Positions 25,429-37,401 of a DNA stretch of 64,000 nt are shown in pieces (positions within the stretch are counted from its first letter, which is position 1; the number at the start of each line of letters is the position of its first letter). The DNA lies in the NCBI GenBank assembly GCA_002245135.1, contig NGBS01001166.1, positions 62,001 through 126,000 of the forward strand, written 5' to 3'. The position numbers were made by a program, and so were the translations under genes. The notes below the pieces were generated by a model. It saw only the letters and a list, made by a program, of their open reading frames with translations. It made no database searches and was not told the origin of the DNA. The DNA is from Proteromonas lacertae (taxonomy: Eukaryota).

Positions 25429-28366
25429 ATGGATATACTGAAGAAATATGACAATTTTGAGTATAATATTAAAAACTATTTTTTTACTAGAAAGTCATTT
25501 GAAGATTGCTTAAACATGATTTTGAATGATTTCAAAGATGTTCCATTTTACGAAGATTTACAGAATTTTGTATTTGAACTGAGTGATGTATATATATTTG
25601 CTAAATGTTATTACATTAAAATAGAAATCATTAGATAATTTCGATTTACTTTATCACACCTCTTTTGAAAAGTATGTGATAGGTAATAATATGGTATATA
25701 AATATATAAATATGTGCTAATAGCATTTAAAACAATATTTGGATTTTCAGAAACAGAATAAAGCAAATATTCTTGATGGATTTTTTCAACTATCAAAAAG
25801 TGATATTTCCATAATATTCAATAATTCTTATGGTTCATTGAGATATATATGTTTTAAAATCACTTGTGAAATGGATAAAGCTCAATTACAAACTGTAATA
25901 AGAAATCAAAATGATAAGTATCATTATCAATTATTATTTTTTATGAATAGAAATGATGGTTATTATTTTCAAAAACCAGGTGATGTACTACTTCCATTTT
26001 ACATCCAGAAAATTCTACCAAAATCTTTACCAACTACCAGTTATGAAATATACTGTCCACTATATGGTAAATTACCTTATACAATAAATGAAGATGAAAT
26101 ACAACATTATTTTCAAAGAGATGATGATAATATAATTGATACAACAGGATTATGGAATGAAAGTTATGAAAATTCTAAGAAGAATTGTATTCATGGTGAT
26201 AAATGTAATAATAGCAACTGTTATATAGGAAGAAGGGATTATTTATTTCATATGATTACTGGTGATTTTAGAGATGTATTTGGTGATTTAATTGCATTGT
26301 ATAAAAGAAAACATATCAATGATAAGACATTTAAATATGTTTGTATTGAAGATGATAATAATAAATTACATTCGGTGTTTGGTTTGCTGATGAGAAATGA
26401 ACTACAAATGGAAGTGGAGACTATATTGAAAGATGCAATGTGTAATAAGAATAACAATAAGCAAAATAGTCAACATAATGTGAATATACAAAATCAATCA
26501 GATTATAATAAAATAAAAAGTGAAATAAATGAAAAATTACAGAAGTATCAACAGAAACAAGCATTATTAGCTAATAGCAATAATCAACAACAACAAACAG
26601 GACAGAATGAAACTCAAGTTAATATTCAACCACCGCAACCTCCACAACAACAAAAGCAACAACAGAATAATCGTCCTCAGCTGTTACAACGACAATATCA
26701 AGAGCCAATTGAAAGAAAACAACCTCCACAACAATCACAATCAATTCAACCACCAACTCAACAACAACAACAAAGTAATGAAAAAGGTTTACCAGAAAGA
26801 CTTCAGCAATCATTCATTCCATTTAATAAGATGCAAGAAATTCAGAATAAAGAGAACCCATATAAACCAACTCAACCACCATTCTTTAATAATAATAACA
26901 ACCCGTTTCAACAACCACAACCACCATTCTATAATAATAATTGTAATAATAATCCATTTCAACAATCTCCTTCTCCGCCATTCTATATTCCTAATAGTAA
27001 TAATCCATTCTATCAATTACAGCAGCAGCAGCAGCAACAACAACAACAACAACAACAACAATTACAAAATAATTCATTTTCTGTTCAAAATTACCCACCA
27101 ACACCAGTTTTTCAACAACAACAACAACAACAACCTATTCAACAACAGCCAGTAGAACAACAACCAAAATCAACACCACCATTATTTCATTTCAATCCCA
27201 ATGCAGAATACACCAAGATTTTCCAATGAATCAACAAGTTAATAGTGGTATGACTAATCAATTACAAAGACCTATTAGCCAGAATATTCCAATACACAAA
27301 GTACAACCACCAAGACAATTTACAACACCAAAAAGTCGTTTAGTGATTAATAAATCATTAAGATCAAGTTCACCAATTAGAGTAACAAATACATCAACAC
27401 CAATGAAATTAGAATCATCTCCAATTCGTTCATTTAATGATAATAAAACTGTGGATGAAACACAATCCACAACCACCATTAGAATTACCATCACAACCAT
27501 TAGAATCACAACTTTATATCCCCTCTCCTCATTCATCTTTTTCTGCTAGAAATTTATATCATTCTAAATCACCAATGAGGCCAAATAGTGTTTTATGTGA
27601 AAAAATCAGTGCAGAAGCTGAAAATAATAACGAAAAAGAAGTGGAAATAATATCATCACCAAAATCAATTGTTCATTATCAGTTAGATGATGATAAAAGA
27701 TGTAGAATATGTAATACAGAAGAACAAAGAAGTGTATTATTACACTGTAATACATGCAATATTTATGTTCATGAATTATGTTATAAATTTACAGATGAAT
27801 TAGTTTCAGAAACAATGGAAATGGAAGGGATATGTGAAAGATGTTCATTATTAGAAGCAAGACCAGATACGCCTAAACGATGTATTTTGTGTAGTTTAGA
27901 TGTAAATATATATATTATATTATTATTATTTTATTATTGATAGATTGAAGGAGAATCGTATAGACAAACGACAGATAATTTGTTAGTTCATAGTGTATGT
28001 TTAATAGAATTATGGTCAAGACATAATGAATTGCTTAAAGAATATGATAGTTCTAAACTGACTGAAGTTATTAAAGATGAAATAAATACTCATGTTTGTA
28101 GTATATGTAAGAACAAATGTGGTTGGTGTATAAAATGTAATATTGAATCATGTAGTGTTTATTTTCATTCATGTTGTATCTTAAATGAATATAGAAAGAA
28201 TTATTTAGTATTGAATGATGATGAATCATATTGTTGCATTAGACATTTGGTTGATAAAATGAAGAGAAAAAGAGATGATGATTATGATGATTATAACAAT
28301 AATAACCAAGATAATGATGATAGTGATATTAATCATGTAGTAAAAAGGAATAAAATAGTTGGTTAA
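25429..28366 (+). CDS. Strawberry-notch C-terminal-like domain + Q/N/P-rich low-complexity region + PHD and extended-PHD fingers
   Basis: W...YE.S...CIHGDKC...C.IGRR.....MITG...VFG...V.GLL resembles the SBNO/FORGETTER1 C-terminus. CRIC...LLHCNTCNIYVHELCY...CERC, then VHSVC...CSIC...GWCIKC...CSVYFHSCC...CIRH, form a PHD/ePHD pair. Three +1 breaks (~27198, ~27220, ~27467). Confidence 0.65.
27020..27061 (+). repeat. (CAG)5(CAA)9 polyglutamine tract
   Basis: Read directly; encodes 14 consecutive Gln. Confidence 0.9.
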
Positions 28367-28420
28367 TAATACAAAATTATCAATACATAAAATAATTATA
28401 ATTATATGAAATATTCTTAA

Positions 28421-29973
28421 TTATTCTTTTTTTTCATTAACAGTAAATAAATATTCCCATCTATTAGAGCCATCATCTGGTTCATCACTTAATTCAGCAC
28501 ATTCTTTCCATTTTACACTTTCATTATTTAATACTTTACCTTCAGGACAAGGAAAGTATTTGATCAATTGTTAATTCAAACAATTCCTCAAGCATTCTGG
28601 GAAACATAAACTGTTTAAATGGAACTTCAGTAGGATCATAATCAAGAGAAGGATTAGTATTAATTTCTATTAATTTCACATTCATATCTGTATCTATCAT
28701 AAAATCATAGCCAAACATTTGAAAACAATATTTATAATTACTCGAATTAATAGTATGCTGAACTGAGGATATAGTAACATTTACTATATTTAAAATTTGG
28801 TTATGAAATGAATCAGAATATTTTGATCCTTCTTCATCTCCATATTTTGACTGTAAATATTTTCTATATTGTCAATCTTGTTACTTTATTAGAGATTTCA
28901 AATTTACCAAAATCAGAACTTTGTCTTTGAATTGCATCATTTGTTAAATGAACCATTTTATTGTTAATATCTCCTAATACATACTTGGTAGATGAAGTTC
29001 TAAGATAATAGTCCTTTATATATAAAACAATCTAAAGATAATTTAGTTTCAGGATTTACTCTGAGAAATACAAATACTCTTATATCAAATTTTCTTCCTC
29101 TGTAGAGTAATGGATTTTCCATATATTTTTGTACAACCCATTGTTTTGCCTTTTTCTCTATTGTTTTTGATTCTTCATCACTTTCACTGTCTTTTATTTT
29201 ATTTACTTTTGATAATAGTTTATCATAATTATCAAATAGTTTTATATTCTAAATAATAATAATAATATATATATATATATATATATACTGTTCCTCTATT
29301 TGCTCCAGGTGGTTTTATTATCCAAATATTCTTTGATTTGATTGGTTCTTCACATTTACATATGTTTCCATCTTCAGATTCAAATATCTTATTACATTTC
29401 ATACAAGTGATAGAATGTTGGTTAAATGAATATGTAAATTGCTCAAGTTCTTTGTCAGATTTGTTTCCTGTAAGAATATATGTTTCTGGAATTATCTTTT
29501 TCATTTCTACATTATTATTGTCCAGATATTTTGCTAAACTTAAGTACATTCCTTTTTTAGATGTTAAAGCACCTGCTCCATGTTCAAAATGGTTAATTGA
29601 TACTTTTTGATGCTTCTCTGTCTTTGTTTTCAACATATCAAAGTGACATTTCTTAACATATGGTATCCAACTGCAATATAATATATTTCATTCAATATCA
29701 TACTATAAATTCCAATCATTTTCATCAAATTTAGTTACAGTTCTCCACCATGGTCTCATTCTAAATGTCTGCAATATTAGCCTTGAATTATTGCCATGTT
29801 GCACGCTGTACTACTCATATTTATAAAATTTCTATTAATACTTTATAAAATTTGTTTGAAGGAGGTAAAGAAGGACATTTTGGTATTTTAGTTCCAGCTT
29901 CAGTTGTATTTGGTTTTGATTCGTCTTTTTTCTCTGTTGGTGTTATGTTTTTGGTTGTTTCTTCTTTGGACAT
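28421..29973 (-). CDS. Tubulin-tyrosine-ligase-like (TTLL) enzyme, glycylase/glutamylase class
   Basis: Motifs GNNSRLI..F..RPWW, INHFE...LTSK, IPETY, WIIKP..ANRG, VVQKYMENPLLY.GRKFDIR, YLRTSS, HLTNDAIQ, FQMFGYDFMID and LIEINTNP. ATG at 29973, stop at 28421-28423. Three introns and three +1 breaks (~29015, ~28875, ~28560). Confidence 0.85.
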
Positions 29974-30038
29974 GATAAAAAACGAATTTAAAAGAAACAA
30001 TTTAAATTTTTAAAGATCAAGCCAAGCCATATTTGAAA

Positions 30039-32274
30039 ATGGTTAAATCCAATATCGCAGTCTATGCAAGGATTAGACCTTTGAGTGATGGGGAAATAGA
30101 AAATGGAGACACTCTGTCATACAAAGTAATGGTTTCTGAAGATGGTACTCCAAGAGCCATTGAATTTTCTAACAGTGAGCTTAAAAACACATACATTAAT
30201 AAATTCATGGATAAGCATACATTTTATTTTACTAGAGTATATTCATTTTATTTGACATAAACAGGTTTTTGATGAAACTTCAAGTCAGGATGAAATATAC
30301 AAAATAGTTGCTAAACCTGCATTATATAGTGTATTAGATGGATATAATTCCACTTTATTTGCATATGGACAAACAGGAAGTGGAAAGACTTACACATTAA
30401 CAGGTGGTGATTTTTATAAAGATCGAGGAATAGTTCCAAGAACTTTAACATCAATATATGAAGTATTATCATCAATTATCATAATAATAGGAATTTAAAA
30501 AGCGAGATTCAATGAGTTATAGTATAAAAATATCATACATAGAGATATACAATGAAGAAATATTTGATCTATTAGATCCAAGTCATTCCACAAAGAAACT
30601 AGAAAAATGGGAAAGGATCAAGATCAGAGAAGATAAAGATGGTAGTATGAGTTTAGTTAATATGAGATTACAGGAAGCTTTATCAGAAGCAGATGCATTA
30701 AATTTATTCTTTTTAGGAAATGTTAATAGAGTTACCAGTGACACTCCGATGAATAGAACATCTAGTAGAAGTCATTGTATATTTACAATAACAGTAGAAG
30801 GTAAAAATACAACTACAGATTTAACAACATTGTCTAAATTACATTTAGTTGATTTAGCTGGTTCTGAAAGAGTCTATAAACAAGAACATAGTGAAACAAC
30901 GAAGAAAGAAGGAAAATATATAAATTTATCACTTCATTATTTAGAACAAGTTATTATTAGTTTATATGAGATGAATAGAGGAAAAAGAGTTCATATTCCT
31001 TACAGAAACAGTGTAATGACATCAATATTGAGAGATAGTTTAGGAGGAAACTATAAGACTGTATTTATAACAACATTAAATCCACAATCACAGTATTGTG
31101 ATGAAAGTATATCAACTTGTAGATTTGCAGAGAGATGTAGTATGATTGAACACGAAGTATATTATTTATTGTTTATATTTTGATAGGTGGTAGTAAATAG
31201 TGAAGTTGATTTATTACAAAGAATACAAAAACTAGAGAATGAGAATCGCTGAGTTAAAAAGACAATTAAGAAGTATTGAGATGAATCAAGGAGTATGTCC
31301 TCCTGTATTAACAGAAATGAATATGCCTACAAAACAGAGATATCAAAGTTTAGTTTCTGCTTATTTAAAATCGCAAACTGATTATATTCCGTTGAAGAAT
31401 CTGAATGATGCTCATGTATAATTACTTATATATATATCTATAGGAATGTATTGCTTTATTAAGAGATAATGCATTATATGCTGTAGATTTAGTCTTAAAA
31501 GAACAAAATACCAATAAACAATTGAATAGTAAGATAATTGGAACAAGATAATAAGATCAAACAATTAGAGAATGAATTAGATCAAATCTATAAATACAAT
31601 CCTGTCATTCCACCTTCACCATCAGCTGGTGATAATAATAATAACTTACTAGTCAATACTCCTTTATACTATAAAACATCTAATACTGCTTCTATTCCAC
31701 CACCACTACCATCGCGTATATATATATAATTATATATATTTAATCAATAGATGTTGATCCAATACTTTCATCTGTATTAATGGATGAATATTTAAACACT
31801 ATGATAACTCAAGGAACAGTATTTTTGAAATATAAACAGAATAAATCACCAGAAACACGATTGTTCTTCATTTCACAGTCTTTAGATCATTTGATGTGGA
31901 AGAATATAGAAACGAATGACTTGAGAGGTGATATAAAACTATCATCAATTGAAACAATAATACCAGGTTGTTGTACTCCATCATTTGATAAGAGAAAAGA
32001 GTATATATATATATATATATATATATTCTATTATATATCTATACTATAGTACAACTCCATCAAAATGCTTTTCGTTGGTAATGAAAGGAAATAAAACAAT
32101 TGATTTACAGATTATTGACTCTTTATCAGTATATTGTGTTTATTATGTTTATTTTTGTGATAGAATCATATAGAAGATAATGATTGTAGATTTAGAGATT
32201 TGTGGTGTCAATTCTTTAGTGAATTGATAGATTATAATAAGAAACACCTTAATGACACTCCTAAAGTAATTTAG
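30039..32274 (+). CDS. KIF6: Kinesin-9 (KIF6-like) motor with C-terminal PH domain
   Basis: FAYGQTGSGKT, MNRTSSRSHCIFT, LHLVDLAGSER, EGKYINLSLHYLEQVII.L, HIPYRNS.MTS.LRDSLGGN and DESISTCRFA.R are KIF6/9 hallmarks. The tail GTVFLKY...TRLFFIS...LMWK...IKLSSI..I..G...CFSLV...TIDL...RDLW is PLC-type PH-like. Two +1 breaks (~31244, ~31540). Confidence 0.8.
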
Positions 32275-32372
32275 AAATATATTTTTCGTACTTTTATTAT
32301 GATATTTTTGCTATAATAAACCAAATCAACATTAATCTTATATATAAGAGAGAAAACCAATAATAAAATTGT

Positions 32373-35300
32373 TTATAGTCTTACTGTATATCCACCTACT
32401 GCTGATTTATAATAATTATTATCTTGTGAAGGGGTTGTATTTGTGTAACCAGTTGAATTAAAATCTTCACTTGCTGATTTCTGATAATAAGGTGAATCAG
32501 ATGGTAATTTGCTAAATAATTCACGTAAAGTGTTATTCTCTTCAGAATGAGTCTCTGCTTCCTTCTGAATTTGCTGTTTTATTTTACGTTTTTGTGATTT
32601 TGATGCTTTTGGAGGATAAAATTTACTTGTATCTTCAAATGTAAGTCCAGGAACTATATAATATAATATTAAAATAAATAAATATATATAAATATACTTG
32701 ATGGTTTATTAGATTTACCTTCAAATGATGGAGGTGGTGGTATATTATTGAGATTATTATTGAGGTTATTATTATTGCTTACGCTATTACTAGTATTATC
32801 ATCTTTGTTATTGTTTCTTTCTTTTCTCTTTTGATTACTCTCTTTTTCTCTTTCAGTTCTAGTGGCATTGTATTCTTTAATTATATTTTCAATCATTTCT
32901 TTAGCTTTCTCAGCTTCTTCTTCAGTTGATCCACGAATATTGACAGTATTATCTTCTTTATCGACTGTGATATAAGTACCAGTATCATTTTCAACTTTCT
33001 TTATTGTACTTCCTTTATTTCCTAATATTGCACTTATTGCTTGATGTGGGATAGATACTACTTTATTTAACTTACTAGTTTCTACAATTAATGTTTCAAT
33101 TAATTGTTTTGCTTTAATTACACTCTCTTCTGAACCATTTATAAATATATCAGAGTTATTTCCAACTGTGATATTTGCACCACTTTCTTCTCTCAATTTG
33201 TTGATTTTTGCTCCTTTTTTACCTATAATTACTGGTATTACATTTGCATCAGCATATATTACAACATTTTCTTTTCTTATTCTTTCAATAAATTCATTAA
33301 TTTGTTGCTTCACTGCATCAATAGCTTCTTTTGTACCAGAACACCAGATATTGTGGTTGATTTCATCAATGTCTAATTTAGCACCTGTTTTCTTACCTAA
33401 TTCATTCAATTGGTTCTTTTCATGTGATAAAAATGATAATTCAGTATCACTGATTCGATGAGAATAGAACAGATCAGGGAAATAGAATATTAACATATTT
33501 AAAATCTTTGATTTAGCTTTAGCAAGACTTGATTCAGTACCAATCACCAAACAACTTCCTTTAATTCTATCAAATTCAATTCTACATCCAGTTTCCTTAA
33601 TCACTCTATTAACATTGAAATCACCTCCTTCTAATTTATCAATCTGATCTGCTGTTAAATCAAACTTAAATCTTACTCGATTATTGACTACATCACTTAC
33701 ATATTCATATCCTTTTTCTGCTTCAGTATAATTACCTTTAATTACAATATTGAGATTTCTAGTGGCGACTTGAAGTTCTTCTTTTCGTGGTAGTCTTAAA
33801 TGAGCACCTGTATCATCCTGAATCTTTTTAACTAATGCAAAATTATCAACAATAAATTGTGCAATTGTATTTTGATTGACTGGAACATGTTTTTCAATTT
33901 GGACAGTATCTTTAATGTATTTATCAATAGCTTCTTTAGCTGTTTTACAATCATTTTCATATCCCCATAATATGAATTGATTTTCATTCTTTGAGGTAAT
34001 ATTGACATTATACTTAGTTTGAAAGTCTTTTAATTTTGCTCCACCTTTACCTATTACTATTCCTTTAAACTCATTATTCACTTGCATTGTCATTACTGTT
34101 CTTCCTTCTAAACTTTCTTCAATTATCTTCTTTGCTTTTTGAACATTATCTTCTTTACCAGATATTGAAATATGTTTGAATTTAACACTATAATTAATAG
34201 TAGTACTAGTTTCAGTCTGGACTTTATCCAAATTACTTCTCCTTAAATAAGGACATGCATCAGCAACATCTAATGTAACAGGAATAAAAGCATTCTCTTT
34301 CAAATAAGTTGATATTAATTTCTTTATTTCTTCAATACATTGTTTTACATTCTCTTCCAATCCTCTTACTATAATTAAAGTTTCATTTTCATGAGTCTCT
34401 ACTATTGGTTTCTCTTTAGGAGATCGTGGTGAGAGAGTATCTTCACTATCTGTACTAATCTTTCTAACATGTCTTACTTTGGGTTGTTTCCTCTTCAATC
34501 CTGAATCGATTTGGACTTTGAATTGTTCTTGTAGTTTCTTTATTATTGTACCTTCTTTACCTATTAATGCTGGTACTAATGCAGCTGTGTCTACATATAT
34601 TTTACCTAATTCATTATTATGTAAAAACTCTTTCACTAATTCTTCAGCTTTAGTGACTTGATCTGTCAAACCTGATAATGTAATAGATGCTTCTTCTGAT
34701 TTAGCTTCAATATCAATAAATGCTTGTGATTCAGCTTTAATCTTATTAATAGAAGAACCATTTGCACCAATAATTAAAGGTAATAAATATGGATCAAACT
34801 CTATTCTGTCTAATGTAAAATCATTAAGTAACACATCAAATTCCTTCTTTCCAGCTTTAGCAATCTCTGGTGTTGGTCCACAGAAACGTACTCTTGTCGT
34901 ATCTTTATCAATATAAACATTACAATGAGTCTTTTCTTCTATTTCTTTTAATTTGGCATTATTATTGTTTCTTAATACACTAATAGCTGCAGAATGTGTT
35001 TTTACTTCAATATTACATTTCTTGTAGTTTTCCAAGTGTTGTTCTAGTAATTCTTTGCCTTTATTTACTTCATCTTCTGTACCTTTTATTACTACAAATG
35101 GATTCTTCTTATCTCTACTGAAGTTGAAATTGGCTTTAGAGATTGATTTCATCTCGTTCACTTTCTCAAATGAGTTGGTAGTGAAATAATAAACAATTCT
35201 TTGTTCATCAAATGGTACTTTTAATTCGATTTCTTTATTTTCTTTAATCCATTTATTGACTATATTATTGATCTTGTTTTTATCCATATTTCTACCATAC

Positions 35301-36472
35301 ACTTTCAATTCAGAGGTTGTAAAATCAACAATAAATTCAGCACCAGTTTCATCGTGTAATAATTGTATATATCTTACACCACCATTGGATTTATTATTAT
35401 TATTATTGGCACTTTCAGGAGTGGACATTAATCTTTGACAGAGATTCTTATCTATTTTAAACACTAATTGATCTATTAATATTTATATATGATAAGAATA
35501 ATATATTAAAATACTTTGTGAGAATTCGTGTATTAACTTTCTTGCTCTTTCTAATGCCTTCATTCCTCCTTTTCCTAATATAGTTCCCTTTTCTTTATCA
35601 ATACTTAAGTTAGTCCTTGTTTCATTTTGGATTGATGTAATGTACTTGCCTTTATTAGCGAGTAATACTTTGACTAAATCATTAGGTATATCGATTTGTT
35701 CAGTGGTTTGTACTGACATATCTTCTAATATGTCTCTGGCATTGGATATATTCTTTTCTATTTAATAAATAAAAATATATTCGTTTCAAAAATAATAAAA
35801 AAATATAGTCGTTATATATACTTAAACCATAAATGAATAATGATGACTTTGGCTTGGGTGCTACTGCTATATATACTCCTAATTCATTTTCTAACGAATG
35901 TAAATTACTTCTTTCTTTTCCTATAATTCTTGGAAGAGAATCTACTGGAATTGGCACTTCTTCTGATTCTATATCCTTTAAATTGATTTCTTTCTTTTGT
36001 ATTTGTGATATTCTCTTCTGTGCCTCAGCGCGAGCAATATCTAACTCTATGGTTAAAAGAGACTTTCGTAATGTATCTAATTCAATTTTTATCTCATTCT
36101 TTTCTGCTCTCTTCTTCTGGATATTGGAATTATATTGGTAAAATGCATCTATTCCCTTCTTTTCTTGGTTTAATTTCTTCATACGACGTAAATGTTTATC
36201 ATATTCAATTTTACTTCCTCCTGCATCTTCATGATCAAAAGCAAATTGTTCTCTTTGAATAATTTGATCATACTCTTCAGCAGAATATTTTGGACGTTCT
36301 GGTAAATTATCCTCCAACTCATCTATTTCCCTGCTCAATGCAATCATTTGTTCCTATTTAAAATAAAATATTTAGGTGATTATACAGTTTGACTCTTAAT
36401 TCTTTCATATATGGCTGTTTTTCTTTGATTTAGAATGTTTAACATGTTATCAGTTGATGTATTTCCTTCCAT
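32373..36472 (-). CDS. Multi-KH-domain RNA-binding protein (vigilin/HDLBP-like)
   Basis: More than ten KH-like repeats, several with GxxG loops (IIGANGSSI, LIGKEGTII, VIGKGGAKL, IIGKKGAKI, ILGNKGSTI). ATG at 36472, four GT-AG introns, stop at 32373-32375. Confidence 0.85.
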
Positions 36473-37205
36473 TGTGATAAAATTAGTTTATTGAACCTAT
36501 AAAACATTACAAATATGTAAATGAAGAGATTGAGTTAGTGTGTTTATAAAAACATTGAACCATTGTAATAAAAATGCAAACATAAAATCGTGTAATAAGT
36601 AATATACATACAAAGTATCTTATAACCGAGGAAAATAATTAAAAATACTTTAGAAAAAATACTTGCATCCAAGCTAAAATTCTTGCATTTCAAGTTTTAT
36701 AGCCGTTTCAATGATCCAAGAAAATCTTGTTTTATCCTCCAACTATCGCTTATGTGGTTTACTAAATGAAATATATTCATCTAGCTCACATTTGTGATTA
36801 TTTTGCTATGTTAAAATACTAGAAAGTCCAGCTAATTGTGTATTTTGCTAATTTAAGCATATTACAACGTATGATACTAGAACAACGTTAATGAATATGA
36901 AATAATTTCAAAAATTCCATCAATCGTTTATCTTTCAGATCATTTGAGGATTAGGGTTTTATTGATGAAGAATTATTATTTTATAGCAATAGTGATTGTA
37001 GAATAGATATTAATGAATTTTAATCAATGTACTTGCTGTTGTGAAAGTTGTTCTTACTCAATTTTGCAATACTTATACAATATTATAGAAATAGTTGGGA
37101 ATGTATATTAAATGATAATGATGAGTATAGATGTAGAATTGTTTTTTTCTGTATTTTAACAAGATATAATTTGTTAATCTAACCAAATTTAAGAATTTTG
37201 TATAT

Positions 37206-37277
37206 GGCTTAGTGGTCTAGTGGTATGATTCTCGCTTTGGGTGCGAGAGGTCCCGGGTTCGATTCCCGGCTGAGCCC
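37206..37277 (+). tRNA. tRNA-Pro (anticodon TGG)
   Basis: GGCTTAG/CTGAGCC acceptor stem, D-arm TGGTCTAGTGGTATGATT, anticodon arm CTCGC-TT TGG GT-GCGAG and T-arm CCGGG-TTCGATT-CCCGG; 72 nt, no intron. Confidence 0.97.
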
Positions 37278-37284
37278 TTTTTTT
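37278..37284 (+). terminator. RNA polymerase III oligo(T) terminator of tRNA-Pro
   Basis: Run of 7 T immediately after the tRNA discriminator base. Confidence 0.75.
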
Positions 37285-37401
37285 ATTTTTGTTTTTTAGA
37301 TTTATATAAATGGTTTAAATTATTCTTATTTATTTTACACAAAAATAATTCAACAAAGTAATAATATAAAGAATTAATAATAAGATTTAAAGGTATTTTC
37401 T

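Noticed and set aside
35700..35830. Apparent frameshift between KH-gene ORFs
   Set aside because: Resolved by a canonical ~62-nt GT-AG intron (TTA A|GTATAT...AAATAG|AA AAG AAT).
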